From contig JBGQAK010000014.1 in the NCBI GenBank assembly GCA_041494245.1, positions 7,664 to 71,663 on the forward strand: 64,000 nt of DNA, given 5' to 3'. Every line of letters starts with the position of its first letter. Position 1 is the stretch's first letter. The translations under genes and the position numbers were made by a program. This document shows, in pieces, positions 54,450 through 64,000 of the stretch. A model generated the notes under the pieces. The model was not told the DNA's origin. It saw only the letters and a program-made list of their open reading frames with translations, and ran no database searches. This DNA comes from Thermoanaerobaculaceae bacterium. Its GTDB lineage: Bacteria; Acidobacteriota; Thermoanaerobaculia; Thermoanaerobaculales; Thermoanaerobaculaceae.

Positions 54450-55683
54450 TCCGCGACGCCAGGCGGTGATGACCCTCGCCAGGGTGGAGGGGCGCGGCGC
54501 GCACGCGGCCCGACTCCTCACCCGCGCGGCCCCGGCCGAGCGCGAGTTGGTGCTCGGCGTCCTGCGGTGGCAGCTCACGCTTGACCACCTGCTCGCCCGC
54601 CACCTCAAGCAGCCCCTGGCCGAGCTCGACGAGCAGGTGAGGGCGGCGCTGCGGGTCGGGCTCTACGAGGCGCAACGCATGCGGACGCCGGTGCCCGTCG
54701 CGGTGGCGGAGGCCGTGAGAGTCGCCAAGAGCGTCGCGCCCCGCGCGGCCGGACTGGTGAATGCGGTGCTGCGGCGGGCGGTGGAGGAGAGTTGGCCGGA
54801 CCCCGGCGACGGGAGCGTGCCGCTCTCGGTGCGGCAGTCACACCCCGAGTGGCTGGTGCGCCGGTGGGTCGCGCTCCTCGGCGACGACATGGCCGCGGCG
54901 GCCCTGGCGGCCGACCAGGAGGCTGCCCCGCTCTGCCTCCTGGAGGCGGTCAGCAACCGCGAGGGGCTGGCCGCCGCGGGGTGCTCGCTCTCGCCGCACC
55001 CCGCGGTTTCCGGCGTGGTCGTAGTGACGGCCGGGGCGGAGACCGCCGTCGCCGCGCTGCAGGCGGGGCGGGCGTACGCCATGGATGCCACCGCGGTGGC
55101 GGTGGCGCGCCTCCTGCCCGACGTGGACGGCCTGACGGCGGACCTGGCCGCGGCGCCAGGAGGCAAAAGCCTCGTGCTCGCGGGCGAGCGCGCGGCGCGG
55201 TTGCTCGCCACCGACCGCAACCTCGGCCGCGCCCTCCTGATGCGGCGCAACCTCCGTCTGGTCGCGAGGGCGCCCGGTCTCGTCGTGGCGGACGCCGCCG
55301 CCGCCCCGCTGCGACCGTACAGCTGCGCGGCCGTGCTGCTGGATGCCCCGTGCTCAGGCACCGGGACGCTGCGCCGGCACCCCGAGATCCGATGGCGGCT
55401 GCAGCCGGAGGACCTCGCGGTGCTCGCCGCCGGCCAGCGCCGCCTGGCCGAGAGCGCGGCCGATCTGGTCGCCCCCGGGGGGTACCTTCTCTACGCCACC
55501 TGCTCGCTGGAACCTGAGGAGAACGCCGGGGTGATCGCAGGGCTGGGCCTTGTGCCGGTCCCCGTCGCGCACCGCCTGCCGCCGGGCCTGCCGTCCAGGG
55601 AGCTTCCGCGCGGGGGCGCCGTGATCCCGCCGAGCGGCGCCGGAGACGGGTTCACCGTCCACCTCCTGCAGCGGCGTGCGTGA
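54424..55683 (+). CDS. rsmB: 16S rRNA (cytosine967-C5)-methyltransferase
   Basis: NusB-like N-terminus, DAPCSGTGTLRRHPEIRW and YATCSLEPEENAGV motifs. TTG start overlapping fmt by 26 nt (start uncertain). Confidence 0.88.
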   Translation: MRPESGSSDPRRQAVMTLARVEGRGAHAARLLTRAAPAERELVLGVLRWQLTLDHLLARHLKQPLAELDEQVRAALRVGLYEAQRMRTPVPVAVAEAVRVAKSVAPRAAGLVNAVLRRAVEESWPDPGDGSVPLSVRQSHPEWLVRRWVALLGDDMAAAALAADQEAAPLCLLEAVSNREGLAAAGCSLSPHPAVSGVVVVTAGAETAVAALQAGRAYAMDATAVAVARLLPDVDGLTADLAAAPGGKSLVLAGERAARLLATDRNLGRALLMRRNLRLVARAPGLVVADAAAAPLRPYSCAAVLLDAPCSGTGTLRRHPEIRWRLQPEDLAVLAAGQRRLAESAADLVAPGGYLLYATCSLEPEENAGVIAGLGLVPVPVAHRLPPGLPSRELPRGGAVIPPSGAGDGFTVHLLQRRA

Positions 55684-55767
55684 GCGCCGGCCCTCCCTGG
55701 CGTACACTTGGTGCGACTGCCGGGCCCGCAGGGGGCGCCGGCTGCTGCAGGTCGACGGAGGGGGAGC

Positions 55768-56052
55768 ATGGCGGGCAAGACGGAGATGGTGGAGCGCATC
55801 GCCTTCGAGACCGGGATGCCGAAGGCGCACGCGGCACGCGCCATCGAGGTGATGATCGACGCGATGGCGGAGTGGTTGAGCGCCGGAGAGCGCGTGGTCA
55901 TCCCCGGCCTGGGGAGCTTCTACGCCTCCGAGCGGTCGGCCAGGGAGGTCCGCAACCCCCGCACCGGCGAGCTTGTGGCGGTGAGCGCGTCGCGCACCGT
56001 ACGCTTCCGTCCCGGCAAAGAGCTGAAGGGGTCGGTCAAGCCGAAGGGGTAG
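55768..56052 (+). CDS. hup: HU/IHF-family DNA-binding protein
   Basis: Trimmed to MAGKTEMVERIAFETG. GLGSFYASERSAREVRNPRTGE arm motif; 94 aa. Confidence 0.9.
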   Translation: MAGKTEMVERIAFETGMPKAHAARAIEVMIDAMAEWLSAGERVVIPGLGSFYASERSAREVRNPRTGELVAVSASRTVRFRPGKELKGSVKPKG

Positions 56053-56055
56053 ACG

Positions 56056-56673
56056 GTGGCCAACCGCGCCCTGATCGTGGTTGACGTGCAGAACGACTTC
56101 TGCGCCGAGGGCGCCCTCGCCGTTCCCGAGGGCGACGCTGTGGTCCCGGTGATCAACTCCCTGCTGCCAGCCTTTCAGGTGGCCGTGGCGACCCAGGACT
56201 GGCACCCGCCGGGTCACGCCTCCTTCGCCTCCTCGCACCCCGGGAGGCTCCCGCTCGAGGTGATACCGATCGACGGGATCCCCCAGGTGCTCTGGCCGGA
56301 CCACTGTGTCCAGGGCAGCTTCGGTGCCGAGATCCACGCCGACCTCGACCTCAGGCCGATCCGCGCGGTGGTGCGCAAGGGGACCGACCCGAGGGTGGAC
56401 TCCTACTCCGGTTTCCGCGACAACCGCGCCGACCGGCCGACGGGGCTCGCGGCTCTGCTCCGCGAGCTCGGGGTGGCCGCGGTGGTGGTGGTGGGGCTGG
56501 CGACCGATTACTGCGTCGCGGCCACGGCGCGCGACGCGCTGGAGCTGGGCTTCGCGGCCGAGGTTTGGCTCCCTGCCTGCCGTCCCGTTGGCGCGCCGCC
56601 CGGCCACACGGAGCGCACCCTGGCCGGGCTGCGCGACAAGGGCGTCGTCCTCCTCGAAGAGCTCCCCGCCTGA
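56056..56673 (+). CDS. pncA: nicotinamidase/pyrazinamidase (isochorismatase family)
   Basis: ALIVVDVQNDFCAEGALAV, DWHPPGHASF, GLATDYCV catalytic Cys region. Confidence 0.88.
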   Translation: MANRALIVVDVQNDFCAEGALAVPEGDAVVPVINSLLPAFQVAVATQDWHPPGHASFASSHPGRLPLEVIPIDGIPQVLWPDHCVQGSFGAEIHADLDLRPIRAVVRKGTDPRVDSYSGFRDNRADRPTGLAALLRELGVAAVVVVGLATDYCVAATARDALELGFAAEVWLPACRPVGAPPGHTERTLAGLRDKGVVLLEELPA

Positions 56674-56687
56674 CGGACCGCGGCCGC

Positions 56688-58358
56688 TCAGAGCTCGAAC
56701 GCGCTGCCCCCGATAAACTCGCGCAGGATCGAGGTCTGCGGCACGTCGTCCTGGAACACCGGCACGAACCAGGCGAGGAACTTGAGCAGGCGGTAAGCCT
56801 CCGTGTAGGCGGGGTGCTCGCGCGGGACCTCGAGCAGGAAACGCTCGGCATACACACGCATCACGGCCGGCTCGTAGACCAGCGCCGAGTTGAAGATGAC
56901 GTCCGCCTCCTCCTGGAACGGGAAGATGCCGCGTGCCTCACCCCTCCGCACCGACGCCCACATGTCGATCGTGCGGGTCGTAGGGTGGCCACGGAAGATG
57001 CGGTCGCGCACGATGCGGCGCAGCAGCCGGGCGTCGGACGTGAAGATGCGGTTGTTGTCATCGAGCGTCAGCTGGGTGAGGGCCGAGATGAACACCCGGT
57101 ACTTCCCCTCCTCGGGGACCGCCTCCGTCAGGCGCGGGTTGAGTCCGTGGATGCCCTCCACCAGCAGCACCTGGTTGGGGCCAAGCTGCTGGCGCGTCCA
57201 GCGTTCGGTGTCGGCGCGCCGGCCGCGCAGGAAGTCGTACCTCGGCACCGCCACCTCCTCGCCGCGCAGCAGTTCCGCGAGGTGGGCGTTGAACAGCTCC
57301 AGGTCCAGCGCCTCCACGGCCTCGAAGTCAGGCTTGCCGTCCGGGCCGAAAGGGGTGCGCTCGCGGTCGAGGAAGTAGTTGTCGAGGGAGAGCCCGACGG
57401 GCGCTATACCGGCGACGCGCAGCTGGATCGCGAGCCGGCGGATGAACGTGCTCTTGCCCGATGCGGAGGGACCGGCGACCAGCACCAGCCGAACGCGCCC
57501 GTGCTGCTCGGCAATGGCATCGGCGATCTGGGCGATCTTCTTCTCGTGGAACCCCTCGGCGATGCGGATGACGTCGGAGATGTCCCGCGAGAGGCAGAGC
57601 CGGTTCAGGGAGCCCACGTTACTCACGCCCAGCACCTCGTTCCACCTTCGGGTCTCGCGGTAGCAGGCGAACAGCTTGGGCTGGGGCTGCAGGGGCGGCA
57701 GGTGCGCCGGGTCGCCGTCCCGGGGGAAGCGGAGCAGAAGGCCGTCCTCGTACGGCACGAGGGCGAAGCCGCGCACCCGCCCCGTGGATGGAGCGATCGC
57801 CCCATGCGCGATGTCCACGAACGTCCCGCACTGCACGACCGGCACCGTGGAGGAGCGGTGAGCGGCGAGGAGCGCGAGCGTGCTGTGCTCGCCACTCGCC
57901 CGGAAGACGGCCTCGGCCTCCTCGAGGGTGGCGGAGCGGCGCACGAACGGGCGGTCCTCGTCGCAGATCTCCTCCATGCGGCGCTCCAGGGAGGCAACGG
58001 TCGGGGGCGTGAGGGGTGCCGGCGCGTGCCAGGAGAAGAAGTAGCCGCCTCCGAGCGACTGCCCGACCGCGAGGCGGGCCTCGGGGTAGAGCTCGCGGGC
58101 GGCCACAAGCAGGATCAGCGAGGCGGTGCGGCGCGCAACCGCCTCGCCCTCGCGGGAGGGGAACCGCACGGCCTCGAGCTCGACCTGGAAGCCGCGCAGG
58201 GGAAAGTCCAGCATCACGAGCCGGCGGTTGACCAGTGCGGCCAGGATGTCGGGCGGCACCTTGCCGTAGTGGCCGGCCAGGAACTGTTCCACCGTGGTGC
58301 CGCTGGCCACCTGGCGGCGCTCGCCATCGAAGCTGACGACAACCGTGCCTCCTGGCAC
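56688..58358 (-). CDS. uridine/nucleoside kinase family protein fused to TGS and ThrRS second-additional-like N-terminal domains
   Basis: P-loop VAGPSASGKSTF, PRK-type core LVEGIHGLNP, N-terminal ubiquitin-like TGS segment. Confidence 0.8.
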   Translation of the reverse strand: MPGGTVVVSFDGERRQVASGTTVEQFLAGHYGKVPPDILAALVNRRLVMLDFPLRGFQVELEAVRFPSREGEAVARRTASLILLVAARELYPEARLAVGQSLGGGYFFSWHAPAPLTPPTVASLERRMEEICDEDRPFVRRSATLEEAEAVFRASGEHSTLALLAAHRSSTVPVVQCGTFVDIAHGAIAPSTGRVRGFALVPYEDGLLLRFPRDGDPAHLPPLQPQPKLFACYRETRRWNEVLGVSNVGSLNRLCLSRDISDVIRIAEGFHEKKIAQIADAIAEQHGRVRLVLVAGPSASGKSTFIRRLAIQLRVAGIAPVGLSLDNYFLDRERTPFGPDGKPDFEAVEALDLELFNAHLAELLRGEEVAVPRYDFLRGRRADTERWTRQQLGPNQVLLVEGIHGLNPRLTEAVPEEGKYRVFISALTQLTLDDNNRIFTSDARLLRRIVRDRIFRGHPTTRTIDMWASVRRGEARGIFPFQEEADVIFNSALVYEPAVMRVYAERFLLEVPREHPAYTEAYRLLKFLAWFVPVFQDDVPQTSILREFIGGSAFEL

Positions 58359-58466
58359 TCACACCTCCGCCGGACGATTGTAGGTCAAGAGCGTCCGCGG
58401 CCGGAGAGTAGAATGAGACCGTGTCCGCCCCGCCTGCACCCCGGCGGCCGGCGGCGGGGAGCTGAG

Positions 58467-59408
58467 GTGGCGAGGAACGCTCAAGCGGGAAGGATCGTCC
58501 GTGCGATCGAGGCCATCACCCGGCGCGTGGAGGAGCGCGGCGAGCCGCTGTTCCACGGCGGCGACGAGCCGCTGCCGCAGAAGCGTGAGGTGATCGCGAT
58601 CCTGCGCGGCTTGCAGGAGGTGATCTACCCCGGCTACTTCGGAGACCAGGCGCTCTACCGCGAGTATCTGCACGGCCACCTCGGCGACCAGCTCTTCGCG
58701 CTCTCGAGGCGCCTGGAGGGCGAGATCTGCCGCGCGCTGGCCGCGGGGTGCCGCAAGCCCGGGGGCGCCCCGGTGGCGCGCTCCGGGGTGGACGCCGGCG
58801 AGGTGGTGACCGCGCTCCTCGAACGCCTGCCGGAGGTCATGGAGGCGATCGCCGCCGACGTCGAGGCGGCCTATGCGGGGGACCCCGCGGCCACCTGCCT
58901 CGAGGAGGTGATCCTCGCGTACCCGGGCGTCAAGGCGGTGTTCACGTACCGCATCGCCCACCTGCTGCACGGGCTCGGAGTGCCGCTGGTTCCGCGCATC
59001 ATGACCGAGTTCGCCCACAACGAAACCGGGGTGGACATCCACCCGGGCGCGAACATCGGCCACGAGTTCTTCATCGACCACGGAACCGGCGTCGTGATCG
59101 GCGAGACCACCGTGATCGGCGACCGGGTCAAGCTCTACCAGGGCGTCACGCTGGGCGCGCTGTCGTTCCCCCGCGACCGGGGCGGGTCGCTGGTGCGCGG
59201 CACCAAGCGTCATCCGACGCTCGAGGACGACGTCGTGGTCTACGCCGGAGCGACCATCCTGGGCGGGAGCACGGTGGTGGGGCGCGGCTCGGTGATCGGG
59301 GGGAACGTCTGGCTCACAACCTCGGTGCCGCCGGGCTCCCGGGTCACACTCTCGCGCGACCAGCTCGCGTACGAGATCACGCCGCGCCCGCCCGACGGCT
59401 CCTGTTGA
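58467..59408 (+). CDS. cysE: serine O-acetyltransferase (long N-terminal form)
   Basis: AYAGDPAA...YPGVKAVFTYRIAH...GVDIHPGANIG plus hexapeptide repeats. Start GTG 58467 preferred. ATG 58413 immediately follows a TAGAAT -10-like box and encodes non-protein-like residues. Confidence 0.82.
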   Translation: MARNAQAGRIVRAIEAITRRVEERGEPLFHGGDEPLPQKREVIAILRGLQEVIYPGYFGDQALYREYLHGHLGDQLFALSRRLEGEICRALAAGCRKPGGAPVARSGVDAGEVVTALLERLPEVMEAIAADVEAAYAGDPAATCLEEVILAYPGVKAVFTYRIAHLLHGLGVPLVPRIMTEFAHNETGVDIHPGANIGHEFFIDHGTGVVIGETTVIGDRVKLYQGVTLGALSFPRDRGGSLVRGTKRHPTLEDDVVVYAGATILGGSTVVGRGSVIGGNVWLTTSVPPGSRVTLSRDQLAYEITPRPPDGSC

Positions 59409-59442
59409 CCCTCCGCGACGTCATTTGGTACGGTAGCGACCC

Positions 59443-60138
59443 ATGACTCGCCGTGCCCTGGTTGGCCTGTCCGCCCTCGTTTGCTCGTACGCCCTGGCGC
59501 AGGAGCCCATCCCGCCGGGGCTGAAGGGCGCCGACAAGCTCGCGGCGCTCGTGCAGCGGGTCAGCCAGGTGCAGGCGAGCACGGCCACGCTCACCGCGAA
59601 ATTCGAGCTGCGCCGGAGCAGCCACCTGCTGGCCGCCCCCAGCGTCTCCCGCGGGCGCTTCTACTACAGGGGCCCCGACAGCGTGCGCTGGGAGTATGAG
59701 ACGCCCCGCTCGATGACGGTCGTGATCTCCGGCGGCGTGGCCATCACCTACCGCCCGGTGGAGAAGCGCGCGGAGCGCGTCGAGGTGGGGAGGGCGCAGC
59801 GCCGGGTGTTCCGCTTCATCTCGGCGTCGGAGCCGCTGGAGAAGCTCACGCAGTACTTCTCGTTCACCTTCCGCGACCCTGGCCCGAGCGGCAACTACAC
59901 GCTCGAGCTCAAGCCCACGTCGCACCAGATCAAGAAGCGGCTCCAGTCCGTGGAGCTCGAGATCCAGCGACAGACTCTGCTGCCGGTACGGATCGCGTAC
60001 ACCGAGGCCGACGGCGACAAGACGGAGTACGTTTTCTCCGACATCGAGGTCAACGCGAAGCAACCGGCCGACCTCTACGACCTGGCGCTCCCCCCCGACG
60101 TCGAGGTGGTCAAGATCAAGGTCGGGAGCGGGGAGTAG
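59443..60138 (+). CDS. LolA-like outer-membrane lipoprotein carrier/sorting protein
   Basis: Signal peptide, then a LolA-fold-like pattern (F.Q......G.F.....D..RWEY..P). Family call moderate. Confidence 0.6.
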   Translation: MTRRALVGLSALVCSYALAQEPIPPGLKGADKLAALVQRVSQVQASTATLTAKFELRRSSHLLAAPSVSRGRFYYRGPDSVRWEYETPRSMTVVISGGVAITYRPVEKRAERVEVGRAQRRVFRFISASEPLEKLTQYFSFTFRDPGPSGNYTLELKPTSHQIKKRLQSVELEIQRQTLLPVRIAYTEADGDKTEYVFSDIEVNAKQPADLYDLALPPDVEVVKIKVGSGE

Positions 60139-60177
60139 CGGGCACAGGGCGCCTGGCAAAGGGTACTGGGGCATGGC

Positions 60178-61296
60178 GTGATCGGCGCCTTCACGGTTGT
60201 CGCCCGCGACGGGGCGACGCAAGCGCGGGCGAGTGAGCTGGTCACCGCGCACGGCGTCGTGCGCTTTCCGGCGTTCATGCCCGTGGGCACCGCCGGGAGC
60301 GTCAAGGGCCTCGCCCCGTGGGAGCTGGAGCGCCTGGGCCCCGAAATGGTTCTGGCGAACACCTACCACCTGCTGGTGCGGCCAGGGCTCGAGACGCTCG
60401 AGAGCGTCGGAGGGCTCCACCGCTTCATGGCATGGAGTGGGCCGATCCTCACCGACTCGGGGGGGTTCCAGATCTTCTCCCTGGCGCAGCGGCGCGCCTA
60501 CCAGGACGAGGGTGTGGTTTTCCGATCGCACATCGACGGTGCCGAGCTGCGTCTGACGCCCGAGGCGTGCGTGGCGGCACAGGCGCGCATGGGCGTCGAC
60601 GTGGCCATGGCGCTGGACGTCTGCCCGGCGCTCCCGGCCGCGCGCGCCGAGCTGGAGGCGGCGGTGGAGACGACGACCCGATGGGCGCGGCGGTGCCGCG
60701 CCGCGCTGCCCCCGGGCGGCCCCACCCTGCTGTTCGGCATCGTCCAGGGTGGGCTGGACCTCGAGCTGCGCGGCCGCTCGGCCGAGGAGATCGCCGGGTG
60801 CGGTTTCGAAGGGTACGCGCTCGGGGGTTTCTCGGTCGGGGAGCCGCCTGAGGCGATGTGGGAGGCGGTGGACCGGGCGGCCCCGCTGCTCCCGGACGGT
60901 CGCCCCCGCTACCTCATGGGCGTCGGGACCCCCGCGGATCTGGTCAACGCCGTGGCGGCGGGGTGCGACCTTTTCGACTGCGTGATCCCGACGCGCAACG
61001 CCCGCAACGGGCTTCTTCACACCTCGCGCGGGCCGGTGGTGCTCAAGAACGCCCGCTGGAAGCGCTCCGAGGAGCCCGCCGACCCGGCGTGCGACTGCCC
61101 GACCTGCCGCCGCTGCAGCCTCGCCTACCTCCGTCACCTCTACCTGGCACGGGAGGCGTCGGTGGTGGTGCTCGCCACCGTGCACAACCTGCACTTCTAC
61201 CTCACCTTGATGCGGCGGGTCCGGTGGGCTATCATGTCGGGCCGCTTTGCTGCGCTGCGCGAGGAGGTGCTCACGCGGGGAGCCGCGGGCGGCTGA
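60178..61296 (+). CDS. tgt: queuine tRNA-ribosyltransferase
   Basis: FMPVGTAGSVKG, LTDSGGFQ, GFSVGEP, DCVIPTRNARNG, zinc site CDCPTC...H. GTG start. Confidence 0.94.
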   Translation: MIGAFTVVARDGATQARASELVTAHGVVRFPAFMPVGTAGSVKGLAPWELERLGPEMVLANTYHLLVRPGLETLESVGGLHRFMAWSGPILTDSGGFQIFSLAQRRAYQDEGVVFRSHIDGAELRLTPEACVAAQARMGVDVAMALDVCPALPAARAELEAAVETTTRWARRCRAALPPGGPTLLFGIVQGGLDLELRGRSAEEIAGCGFEGYALGGFSVGEPPEAMWEAVDRAAPLLPDGRPRYLMGVGTPADLVNAVAAGCDLFDCVIPTRNARNGLLHTSRGPVVLKNARWKRSEEPADPACDCPTCRRCSLAYLRHLYLAREASVVVLATVHNLHFYLTLMRRVRWAIMSGRFAALREEVLTRGAAGG

Positions 61297-61308
61297 AAAG
61301 GGAGCGTC

Positions 61309-61617
61309 ATGGACCCCAAGAATCCGCTCATTCAGTTTCTGCCGTTCTTGCTCATCTTCGGGATCTTCTACCTGCTGCTCATCATGCCGATGAGGCGCCG
61401 GCAGAAGAAGCAGCAGGAGCTGCTGTCGAAGCTCACGAAGGGCGATCGGGTCATCACCAACGGTGGGATCTTCGGCACCGTCGTGGCCGTCGAGGACGAC
61501 AAGCTCACGCTGCGCATCGCGGAACCGAAGGTCGATATCCAGGTGGCGCGCTCGGCCGTTGCCGGCCTCGCCAAGGACGCCGGGAGCGTCGACCTGAGCG
61601 CCAGCGAGCCAAAGTAG
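61309..61617 (+). CDS. yajC: preprotein translocase subunit YajC
   Basis: FLLIFGIFYLLLIMPMRRRQKK...GDRVITNGGIFG. Confidence 0.9.
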   Translation: MDPKNPLIQFLPFLLIFGIFYLLLIMPMRRRQKKQQELLSKLTKGDRVITNGGIFGTVVAVEDDKLTLRIAEPKVDIQVARSAVAGLAKDAGSVDLSASEPK

Positions 61618-61626
61618 GAGGATACG

Positions 61627-63186
<1,560 letters not shown>

Positions 63187-63199
63187 CTAGGGGGACGGC

Positions 63200-64000
63200 A
63201 TGCGCTTCTTTCACAACACCAAGATCCGCTTCATGGAGTACCGCTGGCACTGGATCATCGCGTCCACCTTGCTGAACCTGGTGGCGATCGGCCTGATCTT
63301 CTTCGGACCCGGCTTCAAGTACGGCGTCGACTTTGCGGGCGGCACCCAGCTCACCCTGAAGTTCAGCGGTGACCCGGACCTTTCCCGCGTGCGCCGGTCG
63401 CTCGAAGCCCTCAGGATCGGCGAGGTCACCATCCAGCGCTTCGACGAGGCGAGCCTGCACCAGATCCTCGTGCATGTGCAGAACCCCAAGGGGGAGGAGG
63501 GCGACTTCACCGCCCGCATGATCCAGGCCCTCGAGAAGGAGTTCGGAGGCGGGACCGGCAAGCTCGAGATCAACCTCCAGGGCGCCGATGCGCTGCGGGA
63601 CGCGCTGGCCCAGGCCGACCCCGACAAGGCCGGCGGCTCGTTCGATGACCGCCGGGTGCACTACAAGCCGATGGCCGACGAGATCCTCGGCCTGCGCAAG
63701 CGGGTCGGCATCATCACGGGACCCCAGGAGATCAGCGCCCTCCCCGGGGTTTCATCTGCGGTCAAGAGCCACCTCGCCCAGCAGGCCCACTTCGGCGAGT
63801 TTGCCCTTCTGGCCGCCGAGAACGTCGGGCCGGTGGTCGGCAAAGACCTGCGCGAGAAGGCGATCTACGCGGTGTCGTTCTCGTTGCTCGGCATGCTGGT
63901 CTACATCTGGTTCCGCTTCAAGCTCCAGTACGGCATCGGCGCGATCGTGGCCAACTTCCACGACACCCTGATCACGCTGGGCGCGCTGGTCGTCACCGGG
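63200..64000 (+). CDS. secF: protein translocase subunit SecF (5' part; continues beyond window), with extra periplasmic insert
   Basis: Own translation (no stop in window, so absent from ORF track): MRFFHNTKIRFMEYRWHWIIAST...YGVDFAGGTQLTLKF...ENVGPVVGKDLREKAI...ANFHDTLITLGALVVTG. AGGGGGA precedes the ATG. Confidence 0.9.
   Translation, partial: MRFFHNTKIRFMEYRWHWIIASTLLNLVAIGLIFFGPGFKYGVDFAGGTQLTLKFSGDPDLSRVRRSLEALRIGEVTIQRFDEASLHQILVHVQNPKGEEGDFTARMIQALEKEFGGGTGKLEINLQGADALRDALAQADPDKAGGSFDDRRVHYKPMADEILGLRKRVGIITGPQEISALPGVSSAVKSHLAQQAHFGEFALLAAENVGPVVGKDLREKAIYAVSFSLLGMLVYIWFRFKLQYGIGAIVANFHDTLITLGALVVTG

Noticed and set aside
58407-58466. ATG 58413 as the start of the serine acetyltransferase gene.
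   Set aside because: It immediately follows a TAGAAT -10-like hexamer, so it would probably lie upstream of the transcript start. It also adds 18 non-protein-like residues (MRPCPPRLHPGGRRRGAE). GTG 58467 with GGGGAG upstream is preferred, though this is not proven.

Overview
Visibly GC-rich bacterial chromosomal segment (roughly two-thirds G+C or more by eye, not computed), densely packed with about 58 protein-coding genes, mostly housekeeping. The lineage cannot be fixed from sequence alone. The gene content (GldG/DUF4340 ABC cluster, sigma-54 regulators, DUF4097) fits Acidobacteriota- or Myxococcota-like genomes. Because of the GC content, every frame carries long spurious ORFs. I accepted a gene only where I recognised family motifs, and I trimmed many ORF-track starts to ATG/GTG/TTG codons preceded by a GGAGG-like Shine-Dalgarno (SD).

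Recognisable blocks:
- rlpA-purB
- carbamate kinase + ornithine carbamoyltransferase
- a 4-gene GldA/F/G-type ABC + DUF4340 cluster, convergent with a PDZ-histidine kinase / NtrC-type sigma-54 activator pair
- aconitase, sodC
- a secreted metzincin, and a class-C beta-lactamase-fold protein
- aceK
- ileS-lspA-lgt-rluD
- a 6-gene overlapping operon (deaminase, cNMP-binding, acyl-AMP ligase, small membrane protein, acpS, CheY)
- recA, pyrE
- split saccharopine-pathway genes
- infC, fmt-rsmB, HU, pncA
- tgt-yajC-secD-secF

I recognised no rRNA, tRNA, CRISPR array, transposase or integrase, and I see no obvious defence or other novel multi-gene system.

The most interesting signals are non-coding:
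1. A 648-bp element bounded by ~33-bp inverted repeats in an 885-bp gene-free gap.
2. A near-consensus sigma-54 promoter in front of the ABC operon.
3. A ~177-nt multi-helix element closed by a perfect 17-bp stem.
4. A 41-bp perfect duplication of the aconitase 3' end bracketing a G-rich palindromic repeat that recurs around sodC.

Smaller oddities are reported separately:
- an ORF with no canonical start codon
- a likely ATC start for infC
- SxxQ in place of SxxK in the hydrolase
- an HhH-like insert in SecF

All functional interpretations of non-coding features are hypotheses. No database search or folding computation was possible.
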